64,000 nt of DNA, from NCBI GenBank assembly GCA_016928835.1, contig JAFGJW010000014.1, forward strand, positions 27,751 to 91,750, given 5' to 3'. Shown here one piece after another: positions 36,563-46,775 of the stretch; positions within the stretch are counted from its first letter, which is position 1; each line of letters begins with the position of its first letter. Both the position numbers and the translations under genes were made by a program. The stretch comes from Candidatus Woesearchaeota archaeon (GTDB lineage Archaea > Nanobdellota > Nanobdellia > Woesearchaeales > GW2011-AR15). A model generated the notes under the pieces. It made no database searches, was not told the DNA's origin, and saw only the letters and a program-made list of their open reading frames with translations.

Positions 36563-37812
36563 GAAGACATATATTTTTTCTGTTCTATGGTCAATTCATC
36601 AATTTTGATCCCCATTGCCTCTAATTGCAGTCTAGCAACCTCATCATCTCTTTCTGGCGGCAGTACATATACTCTCGGTTCCAGCTTTCCCTTGTTCTGA
36701 ACAAGGTACTCGCAAGCAAATGCCTGGTTGCAGAAAGACATTGCCATTATTGAAGAGGGATGGCCTTCAGCAGCTGCTAAATTAATAAGCCGCGCCTCTC
36801 CCAAGATATAAATTTTTTTATCATTAAGTTTGAATTCGTCCATAAAAGGTCGTATTCTTCTCTCCTTAGCTATTTTCTTCAAACTATTAATGTTTATTTC
36901 AGCGTCAAAATGTCCTGAATTTGCCAAGACAGCTCCGTCTTTCATTAATTTCATGTGCTCAATATCAATGACATTTTTGTTCCCAGTCACTGTAACAAAG
37001 ATATCACCTATTTTGGCAGCTTCTTTTATCGGCATTACTCTGAAACCGTCCATAACTGCCTGCAGTGCTCTAAAAGCATCAACTTCTGCAACAATAACAT
37101 TTGCATCAAAGCCCTGGGCTCTCTTTGCTACACCCTTGCCGCAACTTCCATAGCCACAAACAACAAAGTTCTTTCCTGCGACTAAAATATTGGTGGCCCT
37201 TAAAATGCCATCAATTGTGCTCTGGCCAGTACCCTTGATATTATCCATCAAATGCTTTGTATTTGACTCATTTACAGCAATTATTGGGTAGTTTAATGCA
37301 TCGTCTTTTTCCATTGCTCTTAATCTAATGACGCCTGTAGTAGTTTCTTCGCAACCGCCGATTATGTGGGGGATTAGATTTCTGTGATGCAGGTGAATCT
37401 CGCTTACAAGATCGCAGCCGTCATCAATTGTTATATGCGGCTTTTGTTTGATTATGTATGTAATGTACCTATAGTAATCTTCTCTACTTTCACCTTTATA
37501 TGCCCATACTTTTACGCCAAGCTTTGCCAGAGCAGCTGCAACATCATCTTGTGTTGATAAAGGGTTGCAGCCAGTTATCGCAACATCTGCCCCGCCAGCA
37601 ACTAAGGTCTTAACAAGAACTGCGGTTTCTTTTGTGACATGCAGCGCCATTCCCACTCTCAGACCCCTCAATGGTTTTTCTTTTTCAAACCTGTGTTTCA
37701 CTTTAAGCAATGCACCCATCTGCATCTCGGCCCATTCAATATTCTTTGAACCTTGCTCAGCTAATTTTAAATCCTTAACTTCATAGTTTTGAGATTTGTC
37801 CATATTATTCAC
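36544..37812 (-). CDS. ahcY: S-adenosyl-L-homocysteine hydrolase
   Basis: Full-length AdoHcyase with NAD-binding GYGSCGKG and conserved catalytic regions. Confidence 0.9.
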   Translation of the reverse strand: MNNMDKSQNYEVKDLKLAEQGSKNIEWAEMQMGALLKVKHRFEKEKPLRGLRVGMALHVTKETAVLVKTLVAGGADVAITGCNPLSTQDDVAAALAKLGVKVWAYKGESREDYYRYITYIIKQKPHITIDDGCDLVSEIHLHHRNLIPHIIGGCEETTTGVIRLRAMEKDDALNYPIIAVNESNTKHLMDNIKGTGQSTIDGILRATNILVAGKNFVVCGYGSCGKGVAKRAQGFDANVIVAEVDAFRALQAVMDGFRVMPIKEAAKIGDIFVTVTGNKNVIDIEHMKLMKDGAVLANSGHFDAEININSLKKIAKERRIRPFMDEFKLNDKKIYILGEARLINLAAAEGHPSSIMAMSFCNQAFACEYLVQNKGKLEPRVYVLPPERDDEVARLQLEAMGIKIDELTIEQKKYMSSWREGT

Positions 37813-38455
37813 CTAATTGTTTTATTTTTTCTAAATTTAATTCAGTAATACCATTGAGAATTAAATCTGCTTTTTTAAAATTATGGTGTTTAGTAAACTC
37901 ATCTAATATTATAATACATTTCATGCCAGCTTTTTGCGCAGCGTTCAGTCCGTGTTGAGCATCTTCCACAACTATGCATTCTCCTGGCTCAGCATTAAGT
38001 TGTTCTGCTGCTCTTAAAAAGATTTCTGGATCCGGCTTTGAATTCTGTACCTGGTCTCCACCAATGATAAAATCAAAAAGATCCAAGATATTTAACTGCC
38101 TTAGAATCAGTACTGCACGATCATATTCAGCGCCTGTTGCCAGTGCAAATTTAAATTTATTTTTGTGTTCTTTCAAAAATTCTCTTATCCCAGGCTTTAG
38201 TCTAATCTTCAAGTTAAACTCAGGCTCATTTTTTCTTACAATGCCCAATAATTCCTCTGGAGGCACATCTAGATTATGATTCTGAATAAATGCTTTTGAA
38301 AATACAATCGCGCTCTCTCCAAGATTGTGCGCAAACTCCTGTTTTGTAATTTTCACTTGAAACCACTTTTTTAAAACATAACTCCATCTCTCATATAAAA
38401 GATGGTTTGTATCTATGACAACGCCATCCATGTCCCATATTATAGCTCTAATCAT
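37805..38455 (-). CDS. HAD-superfamily hydrolase (beta-PGM/phosphatase-like)
   Basis: Motif I IIWDMDGVVIDT, motif III/IV ...K..GDQV..SKPDP / VVEDA. Confidence 0.75.
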   Translation of the reverse strand: MIRAIIWDMDGVVIDTNHLLYERWSYVLKKWFQVKITKQEFAHNLGESAIVFSKAFIQNHNLDVPPEELLGIVRKNEPEFNLKIRLKPGIREFLKEHKNKFKFALATGAEYDRAVLILRQLNILDLFDFIIGGDQVQNSKPDPEIFLRAAEQLNAEPGECIVVEDAQHGLNAAQKAGMKCIIILDEFTKHHNFKKADLILNGITELNLEKIKQLGE

Positions 38456-38554
38456 TCAGTTTTGGAAAATATTGTCTGCTTATATATTTTTAGAAAAGAG
38501 AAAGTTATATATAGTGCCACTCAGATAGAAATATAAAGCAGAAAAGGTGAGAAA

Positions 38555-39781
38555 ATGGAACATAAGGAAAAAAACAATTTAATGTATATTTCGATTGTGG
38601 CTGTTGTAGCAATAGTTGCAATATTCGGGTTGGTTGTAATAGTTAGAAATAATGCTGTACAAGTAGCTCCCTATGGAGATGATACTGCTGGGGCTGCTTT
38701 TGATGTGAGCAGAGAAGGCGGAGGAATATTGTCAGCCTGTTCTGGAAAGCCAGATGGTACAGATTGCACTGTACAACCAAGCGGTTACCCGGGAGAATGT
38801 TTTAATGGGCAATGCAATGAATGTACACCAACAGATAATCCTTACGGGAGTCAATGCGACGGACATCACCCTTGCTGCGATATGGGTGAATGTGACACTT
38901 ATAATGGACAGTATGATGTCTGCTGGTACACAGGCAACTGCAGAGTGCATGATGACTGCATCCAAGGAAATATATGTGTAAATGGACAATGTGTTTACGG
39001 CACAACAACAACGCTGCCAGAGACCGTTATAGCGGTAAATACTTCAGCCTTTGAACCAGCAATAGAATGTCAACAATTCTATATAAGTGAAGTGCCTCCA
39101 GGATGGACAACTGTCCCAGGAGTAACCTCTTGTTCAGAGGTAACTGGGATTAATGTTAATATAAACTCCTGGCTGGGATTACCTGTAAGGGCTGCAATAG
39201 ACGCACAGATTAATCATGATTTCTATATCCCTCCACTAACTTTCTATATGCCATTTGATCTTGGAACGCATGAAGTGGTATCACTGCAGGGAGTCTATCC
39301 TACAAATGATAAAGTTGGTATAGCTTATGACTATGTGACTTTAACCCAAGGGGCGCGTCCTTCTGTAACAACAGACTTTAATGATTGCTGCGGCTCAGGG
39401 CATGATTACATTGAACTTCGATTACATCCTGAGAGCGGCCAAGCAGATGGTAGAGCTGTAGAGAGTCGAAAAACAGGAACCACAACATATTATACAACAG
39501 GTATTACCGCAGGTACAATTGAGCTGAGAGCAAAAAAAGGAATCTCATACGACTTTCTGGTGCATGTAGGACCAAAAGGGGGGACTGTAACGCTATTTGC
39601 TGATGATTCACAAAACCATAGAAAATACTGCACGTGTGCGAAGTGGGATCCACCTCATCCATGCAACGGTTTAATCTGGGAAGTTCCCTGGGACGAAACC
39701 TGTAAGCAAGGAGCCTCCTGGGACAATTGTGATATTGGCAACTGCGCAGGAGAAAAGAGGGATCAACCTAGCGTAGAATAA
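38555..39781 (+). CDS. Cys-rich secreted/anchored protein, paralog of 17309..17989 in the N-terminal leader
   Basis: NLMYISIVAVVAIVAIFGLVVIVRNNA...AGAAFDVS N-terminus; many Cys. Confidence 0.55.
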   Translation: MEHKEKNNLMYISIVAVVAIVAIFGLVVIVRNNAVQVAPYGDDTAGAAFDVSREGGGILSACSGKPDGTDCTVQPSGYPGECFNGQCNECTPTDNPYGSQCDGHHPCCDMGECDTYNGQYDVCWYTGNCRVHDDCIQGNICVNGQCVYGTTTTLPETVIAVNTSAFEPAIECQQFYISEVPPGWTTVPGVTSCSEVTGINVNINSWLGLPVRAAIDAQINHDFYIPPLTFYMPFDLGTHEVVSLQGVYPTNDKVGIAYDYVTLTQGARPSVTTDFNDCCGSGHDYIELRLHPESGQADGRAVESRKTGTTTYYTTGITAGTIELRAKKGISYDFLVHVGPKGGTVTLFADDSQNHRKYCTCAKWDPPHPCNGLIWEVPWDETCKQGASWDNCDIGNCAGEKRDQPSVE

Positions 39782-39793
39782 CTCTTCTTTTTT

Positions 39794-41017
39794 TCAACTT
39801 GTATTTATTTTTATTATATCTTTATTTTTTAAAATATAGTCTTTACCTAATCGTTTCTTTGTTCTGATATCAATAGCACAATTGAATTTGTTCCCAATAT
39901 CAGTATGAATTTTATATGCCAAATCAATGGGTTTTGATCCTTTTAGAACCAGAATCACATCCGGCAAAACATTATTTCTTGAGTCAGTTAATCTGCTTTC
40001 GTTTTCAACAGGGTAAACTGCAATATAATTCAACAATTCAAAAACAGCCTTATTTAAGACGTCCTGAACACCAGTTGTGTTGTATTTTTCAAGGACATTA
40101 TTTTTAATAAATTCTAGTGCTCTTTTCTGTTTCTCAGTTAATTTATCCTCTTGTAGAATTCTAAAACCTTTTTCTCCTGGTACATAGTCAATCAATTTTG
40201 TTCGCGAAGCTTCTCTTAATGCAAGTTCGCATTCTGCGCTGCATGGAATTATTGTGTACTGAGAAAATTCTTTTTTAATTCTTTCAAAATTTTCATAAGC
40301 TCCTTTGACATCAATCTTGTTAGCAGCAATAATCATCTGTTTGGTTGATTTTCTTAATTCAATTGCAAAATTTTTTAATTCTTTTTCAGACCAGCCAATT
40401 AATTTTTTGCTTTGCAGGTTCAATTTTTTCAGAGCCCTTTTAACATCATCTTCATCTACTTTCAAACCAGAGAATTGTTTTACTATTGCCTTAACCATAT
40501 CCTCTTTTTCTTGGTTGGTCTGGTAGGTAAATTTCTTCCAGATTTTCTGAAATATTGAGTAATACCACATATCAAGCTCATGCTCAAAGAATTTGATGTC
40601 GTTGGCTGGGTCATAGCTGCCTGGAGGCACTGTCTCTCCCTGGTCATTTGTACTGCCTGAGATATCTATAACGTGAATAAACGCATCTGCCTGCCTCAAG
40701 TCATCCAGAAATTGATTGCCCAATCCTTTGCCTTCATGGGCACCTGGGACAAGACCTGCCACATCCAAAAGCTCAACAGGAACAAATCTAAAGCCATGCT
40801 CACAATAACCGTGCTTGGGATCACATTTAATTTTAAAATCAGAATCAACACATTTTATCTTAATATAGCCTGTTCCATGATTTGGTTTGATTGTAACAAA
40901 AGGCCTGTTAGAAATTTCAACATCAGCTAAAGTGAGAGCTTTGAATAAGGTTGACTTTCCTATGTTGGTTTTTCCTATCACTCCCACTAACATAATCCAA
41001 AGGTAATTTAGAATCAA
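39794..41017 (-). CDS. Obg-family GTPase with C-terminal TGS domain (Drg/YchF-like)
   Basis: G1 GKTNIGKST, DVAGLVPGAHEGKGLGNQFL (Obg-family signature), G4 NKID, C-terminal TGS. Confidence 0.75.
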   Translation of the reverse strand: MILNYLWIMLVGVIGKTNIGKSTLFKALTLADVEISNRPFVTIKPNHGTGYIKIKCVDSDFKIKCDPKHGYCEHGFRFVPVELLDVAGLVPGAHEGKGLGNQFLDDLRQADAFIHVIDISGSTNDQGETVPPGSYDPANDIKFFEHELDMWYYSIFQKIWKKFTYQTNQEKEDMVKAIVKQFSGLKVDEDDVKRALKKLNLQSKKLIGWSEKELKNFAIELRKSTKQMIIAANKIDVKGAYENFERIKKEFSQYTIIPCSAECELALREASRTKLIDYVPGEKGFRILQEDKLTEKQKRALEFIKNNVLEKYNTTGVQDVLNKAVFELLNYIAVYPVENESRLTDSRNNVLPDVILVLKGSKPIDLAYKIHTDIGNKFNCAIDIRTKKRLGKDYILKNKDIIKINTS

Positions 41018-41034
41018 ATAAAAAGGTTATGTAA

Positions 41035-41337
41035 TTATGATGAATATGAGAGCATTTCTGCAAAGAGAGTAAACCGAAGAACTGCAAGTACAATCAGCAA
41101 AACTAGCAGCAGGGATTTAACCATTAGGTTGCTGATCCTGAAATCAGACCCAGACTTAATATCCCTATGCATGCTCAAACAAAGAAGTGCCAGACCAATA
41201 CCCCAAATAATCCCTCCTGCCACAACAGTTATAAGTGAAACAATAAAACCAAGAACTCCGGTCATTGCTGCGGCACCCACAATATTTGACCTTGTAGCGG
41301 CCTTTAAATAAGAGTTTGCCTCAGTTTTTTGGTTCAT
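41035..41337 (-). CDS. small membrane protein, hypothetical
   Basis: ORF with 2-3 hydrophobic helices; 4-nt overlap with the glyS stop. Confidence 0.3.
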   Translation of the reverse strand: MNQKTEANSYLKAATRSNIVGAAAMTGVLGFIVSLITVVAGGIIWGIGLALLCLSMHRDIKSGSDFRISNLMVKSLLLVLLIVLAVLRFTLFAEMLSYSS

Positions 41338-42821
41338 TTTATGCCATGAATCAGTTTAGTAATTGTTTTCTCCAACTCATCAATCTTTACCCTAATCTGC
41401 TTTGTGGTGTCCCTGTCCCTAATAGTTACTGCATTATCCTCTAATGTATCAAAATCTATTGTGACGCAGAAAGGGATTCCTTGCTCATCAGCTCTCGCGT
41501 ATCTACGTCCAATACTTCCCCCCCTATCAAAAGTGCAGCTAAAGTCTGTCTTTAAAATATCAAATATTTCTCTTGATTTACCATCCAGTTTGTTCACCAA
41601 TGGAAAAACACCAACAGCAATAGGTGCTAATTTTGGATTTAGTTTCAGGACAATATTCCCTCTTTTCTTATCGTCATTGTAAGCATCAACCAAAACAGCT
41701 AAAAATACCCGCTCCATGCCGAAGGTTGGTTCTATTGCCCTTGGAATGATTTTTGATTTAGTTTCTTCATCATATAGTTCCATGCTCTTCCCTGATTCTT
41801 TCATATGCTGCGTTAGATCATAGATGCCTCTATTGGCAATTCCTGCCACTTCTTTTGAGCCAAAAGGATATTCAAAATCAATATCAAAGGTAGCAGATGA
41901 GTAATGTGAAAGTTCGTTTTTTGTATGCTCTCTAATCTTTAATTTTTTCATATCTAGCCCAAGAGTTCTAAACCATAGAATCTGCTCAGCAAGCCAGTAT
42001 GCATGCCACTCATCCAGTCTTTTTTCTTTTAGCAGCCCACCAATAGTTTTTTCTTTGTATGCTTTTTTACCATTTTCCTGTGCCTCTGCATCTAGGAAAA
42101 ATAATTTGATATCTCTGCATTTTTTAATGAGATATGGACATTTCTTCTGTTTGGGATGGACAAAGAACTCCAGCTCAGCTATGGTAAATTCCCTGCTTCT
42201 GAATAAGAAATCTCTTGGAGAGATTTCATTTCTAAAGCATTTGCCTATCTGTGCAATCCCAAAAGGCAGCTTTTGCCTTGATGTTTCTGCAATCAATCTA
42301 AAATCAGTAAACATCCCCTGCGCTGTCTCGCCTCTCAAATATGCCGCAGAAGCTGAGTCTTCTTCTGCTCCTACATGTGTTTTAAAAAGCAGGTTGAAGC
42401 CTTTTAACTCCTTAAGATTAGAGCTACATTTTGGGCATTTAAGATTGTTTTTCTTAATTATTTTATTTAAGTCCAGTATGCTCATTCCCTCAACATTGAT
42501 ATCCAGTTTTTCATCAATAAAGTGGTCTGCCCTTAGTTTTGTTTTGCATTTACTGCAGGTTAATACAATGTCCTGAAAACTTTCAAGATGACCAGAAGCT
42601 TTCCATATTTTTGGATTGGAGATGATGCTCCCATCCATGCCAACAATATCTTCTCTTGATTGCACAAAATACTTCCACCACCCAGCTCTTATATTGTTTA
42701 ATAACTCTACCCCCAGTGGCCCAAAATCCCAGAAACCAGCTATGCCGCCATAAATATCAGAACTCGGATATACAAAACCTTTCTTTTTACAGAATACTGC
42801 CAGTTCGTCGATTGATATCAT
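41334..42821 (-). CDS. glyS: glycyl-tRNA synthetase (archaeal/eukaryotic alpha2 type)
   Basis: N-terminal FVYPSSDIYGGIAGFWDFGPLG; class II motifs; anticodon-binding C-terminus. Confidence 0.9.
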   Translation of the reverse strand: MISIDELAVFCKKKGFVYPSSDIYGGIAGFWDFGPLGVELLNNIRAGWWKYFVQSREDIVGMDGSIISNPKIWKASGHLESFQDIVLTCSKCKTKLRADHFIDEKLDINVEGMSILDLNKIIKKNNLKCPKCSSNLKELKGFNLLFKTHVGAEEDSASAAYLRGETAQGMFTDFRLIAETSRQKLPFGIAQIGKCFRNEISPRDFLFRSREFTIAELEFFVHPKQKKCPYLIKKCRDIKLFFLDAEAQENGKKAYKEKTIGGLLKEKRLDEWHAYWLAEQILWFRTLGLDMKKLKIREHTKNELSHYSSATFDIDFEYPFGSKEVAGIANRGIYDLTQHMKESGKSMELYDEETKSKIIPRAIEPTFGMERVFLAVLVDAYNDDKKRGNIVLKLNPKLAPIAVGVFPLVNKLDGKSREIFDILKTDFSCTFDRGGSIGRRYARADEQGIPFCVTIDFDTLEDNAVTIRDRDTTKQIRVKIDELEKTITKLIHGIK

Positions 42822-42977
42822 TAAAATCAGTATTATTTGTCATTATTTAATAATTTTTGTATTTTCAGTTAGTTTAATAATAATCTATGACCGACCGTTG
42901 GAAAAATAGCTTGCCAAAGAGGTTTATTAATAAAATAAATATTCTGTTAATATAACAAACAAAGAGATAAAAATAGA

Positions 42978-43391
42978 TTGATTCCGTTGGTAATACAAAC
43001 AAAGTTTATAGTACCAACAAAAAAATTTAAATATATAATGTCTGTTAATAAGACCAACATGGAAGAATTATTAAAAAACATTAAGATGTTTCTGAAATCC
43101 GCAAAGTTAGTTTATGATTCTAGAGATTATACATCTGCCACTATTTTATATTTTAAATCCGTTTTTGTTATTCTAGACTATATTATCTTTAGATCAGAAG
43201 GAAAAACACCAAAAGATCATTCTGAAAGATTTAGGATTCTGGAGGAAGGGCATCCTGATTTATATCTGTTTTTGGACAAATATTTTCATATTTATAGATA
43301 TACCTATTCATTGAAGATTAGTAAAACACAATGTGACGAAGTCCGGAGGAAGGCTAATGAGATTATTAGACAATACAAAATTCCTATCTAA
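42978..43391 (+). CDS. HEPN-like protein (partner of the downstream MNT)
   Basis: Helical; R-x5-H (RILEEGH) candidate HEPN motif; overlaps the MNT gene. Confidence 0.4.
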   Translation: MIPLVIQTKFIVPTKKFKYIMSVNKTNMEELLKNIKMFLKSAKLVYDSRDYTSATILYFKSVFVILDYIIFRSEGKTPKDHSERFRILEEGHPDLYLFLDKYFHIYRYTYSLKISKTQCDEVRRKANEIIRQYKIPI

Positions 43392-43947
43392 CCTAAAGGA
43401 GGTTTATAATCAACATAGGGAGGAGATATTAGATATAATTTTGTTTGGATCTTCTGTTAAAGGAAAGGATAAACCAGGAGACATAGACATCTTAGTTGTC
43501 TATAAGGACAAAGAAGATCTGGAGATTAGTTATAAACTAAAAAAAATGCTTCAAGAATACAATGTCGAGGTGGTTTCTAAAACCTATGAAACATTAATAT
43601 CTAAATCATTCAAAGCAAGAGAAGCGTATTTAACAGAAGGCATAAGCCTTATTAGGAAAAAATCAATAGCAGAAAGCCTCGGTTTTTTTAATGGAATTAT
43701 GTTTAAATATTCTCTTAAAGGAAAAACAAAATCCAACAGGATGAGATTCTACTATAGTTTATATGGAAGAAATAAAAATGACAAGGGAATAATTCATAAA
43801 TATAATCTTATAAAGTTCTCTGAAACAATACTCCTGTCCCCAGTGCAGGAGTCTGAGAACATTAGAGAATTTTTTAAACTCTGGGACATTAAGTACAAAG
43901 AGTTTCCTATACTAATGCCAGAAAGATTAAAGCATGTGTTAGGCTGA
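43333..43947 (+). CDS. minimal nucleotidyltransferase (MNT-like)
   Basis: ILFGSSVKGKDKPGDIDILVVY NTase-fold signature. Confidence 0.65.
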   Translation: MTKSGGRLMRLLDNTKFLSNLKEVYNQHREEILDIILFGSSVKGKDKPGDIDILVVYKDKEDLEISYKLKKMLQEYNVEVVSKTYETLISKSFKAREAYLTEGISLIRKKSIAESLGFFNGIMFKYSLKGKTKSNRMRFYYSLYGRNKNDKGIIHKYNLIKFSETILLSPVQESENIREFFKLWDIKYKEFPILMPERLKHVLG

Positions 43948-43961
43948 GAAATGGTAAAAAA

Positions 43962-46766
43962 TTAATTTTCAAGGTATCTTTCAAGGAAATATCTTTCAGC
44001 ATAATTCTCTTCAAAAATTAGTCTTGTTAGCAACACAGAAGCTTTAAGTGTCTGCATGAGATCTTGTCCTCCAGTTTCACCTGGCTCCATGTTTGTGAGA
44101 TAATATCCCTGTGCTTCTAAAAAGTAGGTTGCATCTTGATCTATCTCTGTAGGAAACTCTACTACTAGTTCTTCATTGAATGAGACTTCTGCGTAATTAT
44201 TGTCTTTTTCTAATAGTTGTTGTGTAAAATCTTGACCCTCTTTTACTGCCTTTGTCGGTTTATAGGATTTCACTTCCATTGGCAGATCTACGCTTGTGTC
44301 AGCACCAATATAATCAAATGCATATGCTCCTCGCCAGAACTCTAATCTGATTTTATTATCTTTTAATAAACTTGAATCCAATGGTATTACTATTGTTTTA
44401 TAAGTTCCCACAACGAACTGTGTAAGTTCTTTGTCAGGATAGTCAATCCAATTTCCATTAGAATCTTTTATCATTGTTTTTAATGAAGATGCTCTCTGAA
44501 TTTTTGAGATTATTTTATCTCCAATGACCGGCATTTTCATTAACCCAACCACAGTACTTATATCAAATGATGAAGACCCAAATAGATCAGCTTCTGCAAA
44601 ATTTAGCTGCCCTGTCTCAGACAGCGAAACAACCAATTTTATTATTGATTGCGACTCAGGCAAACTGATTTCCAAATAATCACGTGGACTATCTTCTACA
44701 TCAGCAATCTTACTTGTGTATGCATGCTTTCCGTAATCTTCTTCAGAAATGATTTTAGCTTCTGGAATCTGCACCATATATCTTTTTAATTCTGTGTCTA
44801 TTGTCTTAATTAGTGAAGTACAGTCTGTCCCAGAACTGTCTACGCACTCTACAGGCGTAAGTTCTTGAATAGTATGAGAAATACCATTATTGTCCTGCAG
44901 TATTTCTGTAATTGGCACAGTAGTCTGAACTTCAATTAATTTAATTTCATCTAAGTAATATGTTTCATCAAAAAATTCTGTGAGTTTTACGCTTGGTTCG
45001 CTTAGGCCATTTAACTTTGTATAATAACCAGAGACCATAAGCTCGCTGAATTGTCCTAAGGATATATCCTCTGCATATACATATCCCTTCTTCGTCTTAT
45101 AATACAGCGAAGGACAGCCACCGCCTCCTCCTCCAGAAGGTTGTGTTGTTGTGGTTACTGATGGTGGCATGGTTGTTGGTATTGATGGTGGTGTGGTTGT
45201 GGTTGGTGTTGATGGTGGTGTGGTGCCTCCTTCAGGACAATCGTCACAATGAGACCAAGGACAACAAGGACCTGAACCGCCTGCAGCCTCACATTCACAT
45301 GTGCCTTCTTTATAACAATTTCTGGTACTTCCATCGGGACATGTTTCTTGATACACCTCATCACAAGATTTACCAGTACATCCTGTAACACAAACATGGC
45401 CATTTCCGCCACATGATTCACCGCAACAAAGCGGTGTCGTTGTCGTAGTTGTAGAAGAGCCACCTCCACCAAAATCATCTGGATCAGGACATTCAGTATC
45501 ATCTCTACATCCCACAATCTGATAATAATAATCTTGAGAAGGCATGTGCTCATACTTTGCCACAAGACAGCCCGTCTGGAAATGAATATTAGGGTTATTA
45601 TCACTTCCTCCTTTAACTCGTGTACAATACATAAGCATATAATCTTCTTGTGAAGAAGGCGGATTTGGATGTAAGAAGGAATACTCATTAACTAGTTTTC
45701 CACCAGTATAGCCTTCCTGACATCTACAAGCAAACTGACTATAAGTGTCTCCTGTTGAGGTGTCTCCAAACCCCCAGTAACTAAATGGTCCGTAGTTTGG
45801 ATTATTAACTGCAAACCATCTATAATTTGTGTATTGTGTATTAATCGGATAAGGATACTGACTAATATGGTCAAGCCAATATTGTACACTCTCAGCGTCA
45901 CATAAATTTGAATCTGGAGCTATAGGATTATAGAAGATGCTACCTGAATCTGTGAAATCTTCTCTCCTATTTAAATCCCACCAATTAACTGCACCTCCAG
46001 CACCGCTCCCACAATGAAGAGCATATGACCAGCAAGTCGGATTGGTTATCCCTACATATGATATTTGTTTACCAACATCAGAAGTGCCTTTACCACACCA
46101 GTCAAACGCTAAGTTAACATAATCTTCAAAACAATGGGGATTGCCATCACTATCTGGAGCATAGGGCCTGGATCCACCATTATCAGAGCGCTCCCATAGT
46201 TGGATACCAAAGTTACCATTATTCAAATCAAGATTACACCAATGCATGCCTATATAATCTGTATCAACAAAATCTGGTGGAACATAATGATTTCCTCCAG
46301 TTTGTTCTTGTCTTTTCCACTCGTCCCAGAAGTTCAAGTTATCTAGTCTTTCTTTAATTTCCTTAAGATTTTGCTGTGCAGCATCCTCAAAGTCTTGAGC
46401 TGCACAATCTGGACATATTGTATAATATCCTGGCCGGCAAAGTAGTTCTCCAGCACGACATCTTGCTCTAAAATTTGGTTTTACTCCTAATATGTAATCC
46501 CAAGGATTGCAACCTTGGCATATCCCAAAAGAATATGCCATACACGCTGTACATTGGTCAAGTGTTGGTTGATCAGTCCAACCGTACGTGGCCATATCAC
46601 AACATACGGGCCAGCATGTGGGATTAGAACCCTCAGGACATATACCTGCTTGAAAATAACCAGTCTCAAACATCTCTCCGTTATAGCCAATACCTGCATA
46701 AACAGCAACCAATACTGCTGCAAATATAAATACAAAGCCAGAAATAAAAAATATTTTCTTATTCAT
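43962..46766 (-). CDS. large Cys-rich surface protein with an N-terminal TM anchor and PT-rich linkers
   Basis: 934 aa; hydrophobic N-terminus; Thr/Pro stretches (TPPSTPTTTTPPSIPTT); many Cys. Confidence 0.5.
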   Translation of the reverse strand: MNKKIFFISGFVFIFAAVLVAVYAGIGYNGEMFETGYFQAGICPEGSNPTCWPVCCDMATYGWTDQPTLDQCTACMAYSFGICQGCNPWDYILGVKPNFRARCRAGELLCRPGYYTICPDCAAQDFEDAAQQNLKEIKERLDNLNFWDEWKRQEQTGGNHYVPPDFVDTDYIGMHWCNLDLNNGNFGIQLWERSDNGGSRPYAPDSDGNPHCFEDYVNLAFDWCGKGTSDVGKQISYVGITNPTCWSYALHCGSGAGGAVNWWDLNRREDFTDSGSIFYNPIAPDSNLCDAESVQYWLDHISQYPYPINTQYTNYRWFAVNNPNYGPFSYWGFGDTSTGDTYSQFACRCQEGYTGGKLVNEYSFLHPNPPSSQEDYMLMYCTRVKGGSDNNPNIHFQTGCLVAKYEHMPSQDYYYQIVGCRDDTECPDPDDFGGGGSSTTTTTTPLCCGESCGGNGHVCVTGCTGKSCDEVYQETCPDGSTRNCYKEGTCECEAAGGSGPCCPWSHCDDCPEGGTTPPSTPTTTTPPSIPTTMPPSVTTTTQPSGGGGGGCPSLYYKTKKGYVYAEDISLGQFSELMVSGYYTKLNGLSEPSVKLTEFFDETYYLDEIKLIEVQTTVPITEILQDNNGISHTIQELTPVECVDSSGTDCTSLIKTIDTELKRYMVQIPEAKIISEEDYGKHAYTSKIADVEDSPRDYLEISLPESQSIIKLVVSLSETGQLNFAEADLFGSSSFDISTVVGLMKMPVIGDKIISKIQRASSLKTMIKDSNGNWIDYPDKELTQFVVGTYKTIVIPLDSSLLKDNKIRLEFWRGAYAFDYIGADTSVDLPMEVKSYKPTKAVKEGQDFTQQLLEKDNNYAEVSFNEELVVEFPTEIDQDATYFLEAQGYYLTNMEPGETGGQDLMQTLKASVLLTRLIFEENYAERYFLERYLEN

Positions 46767-46775
46767 TCTATTACC

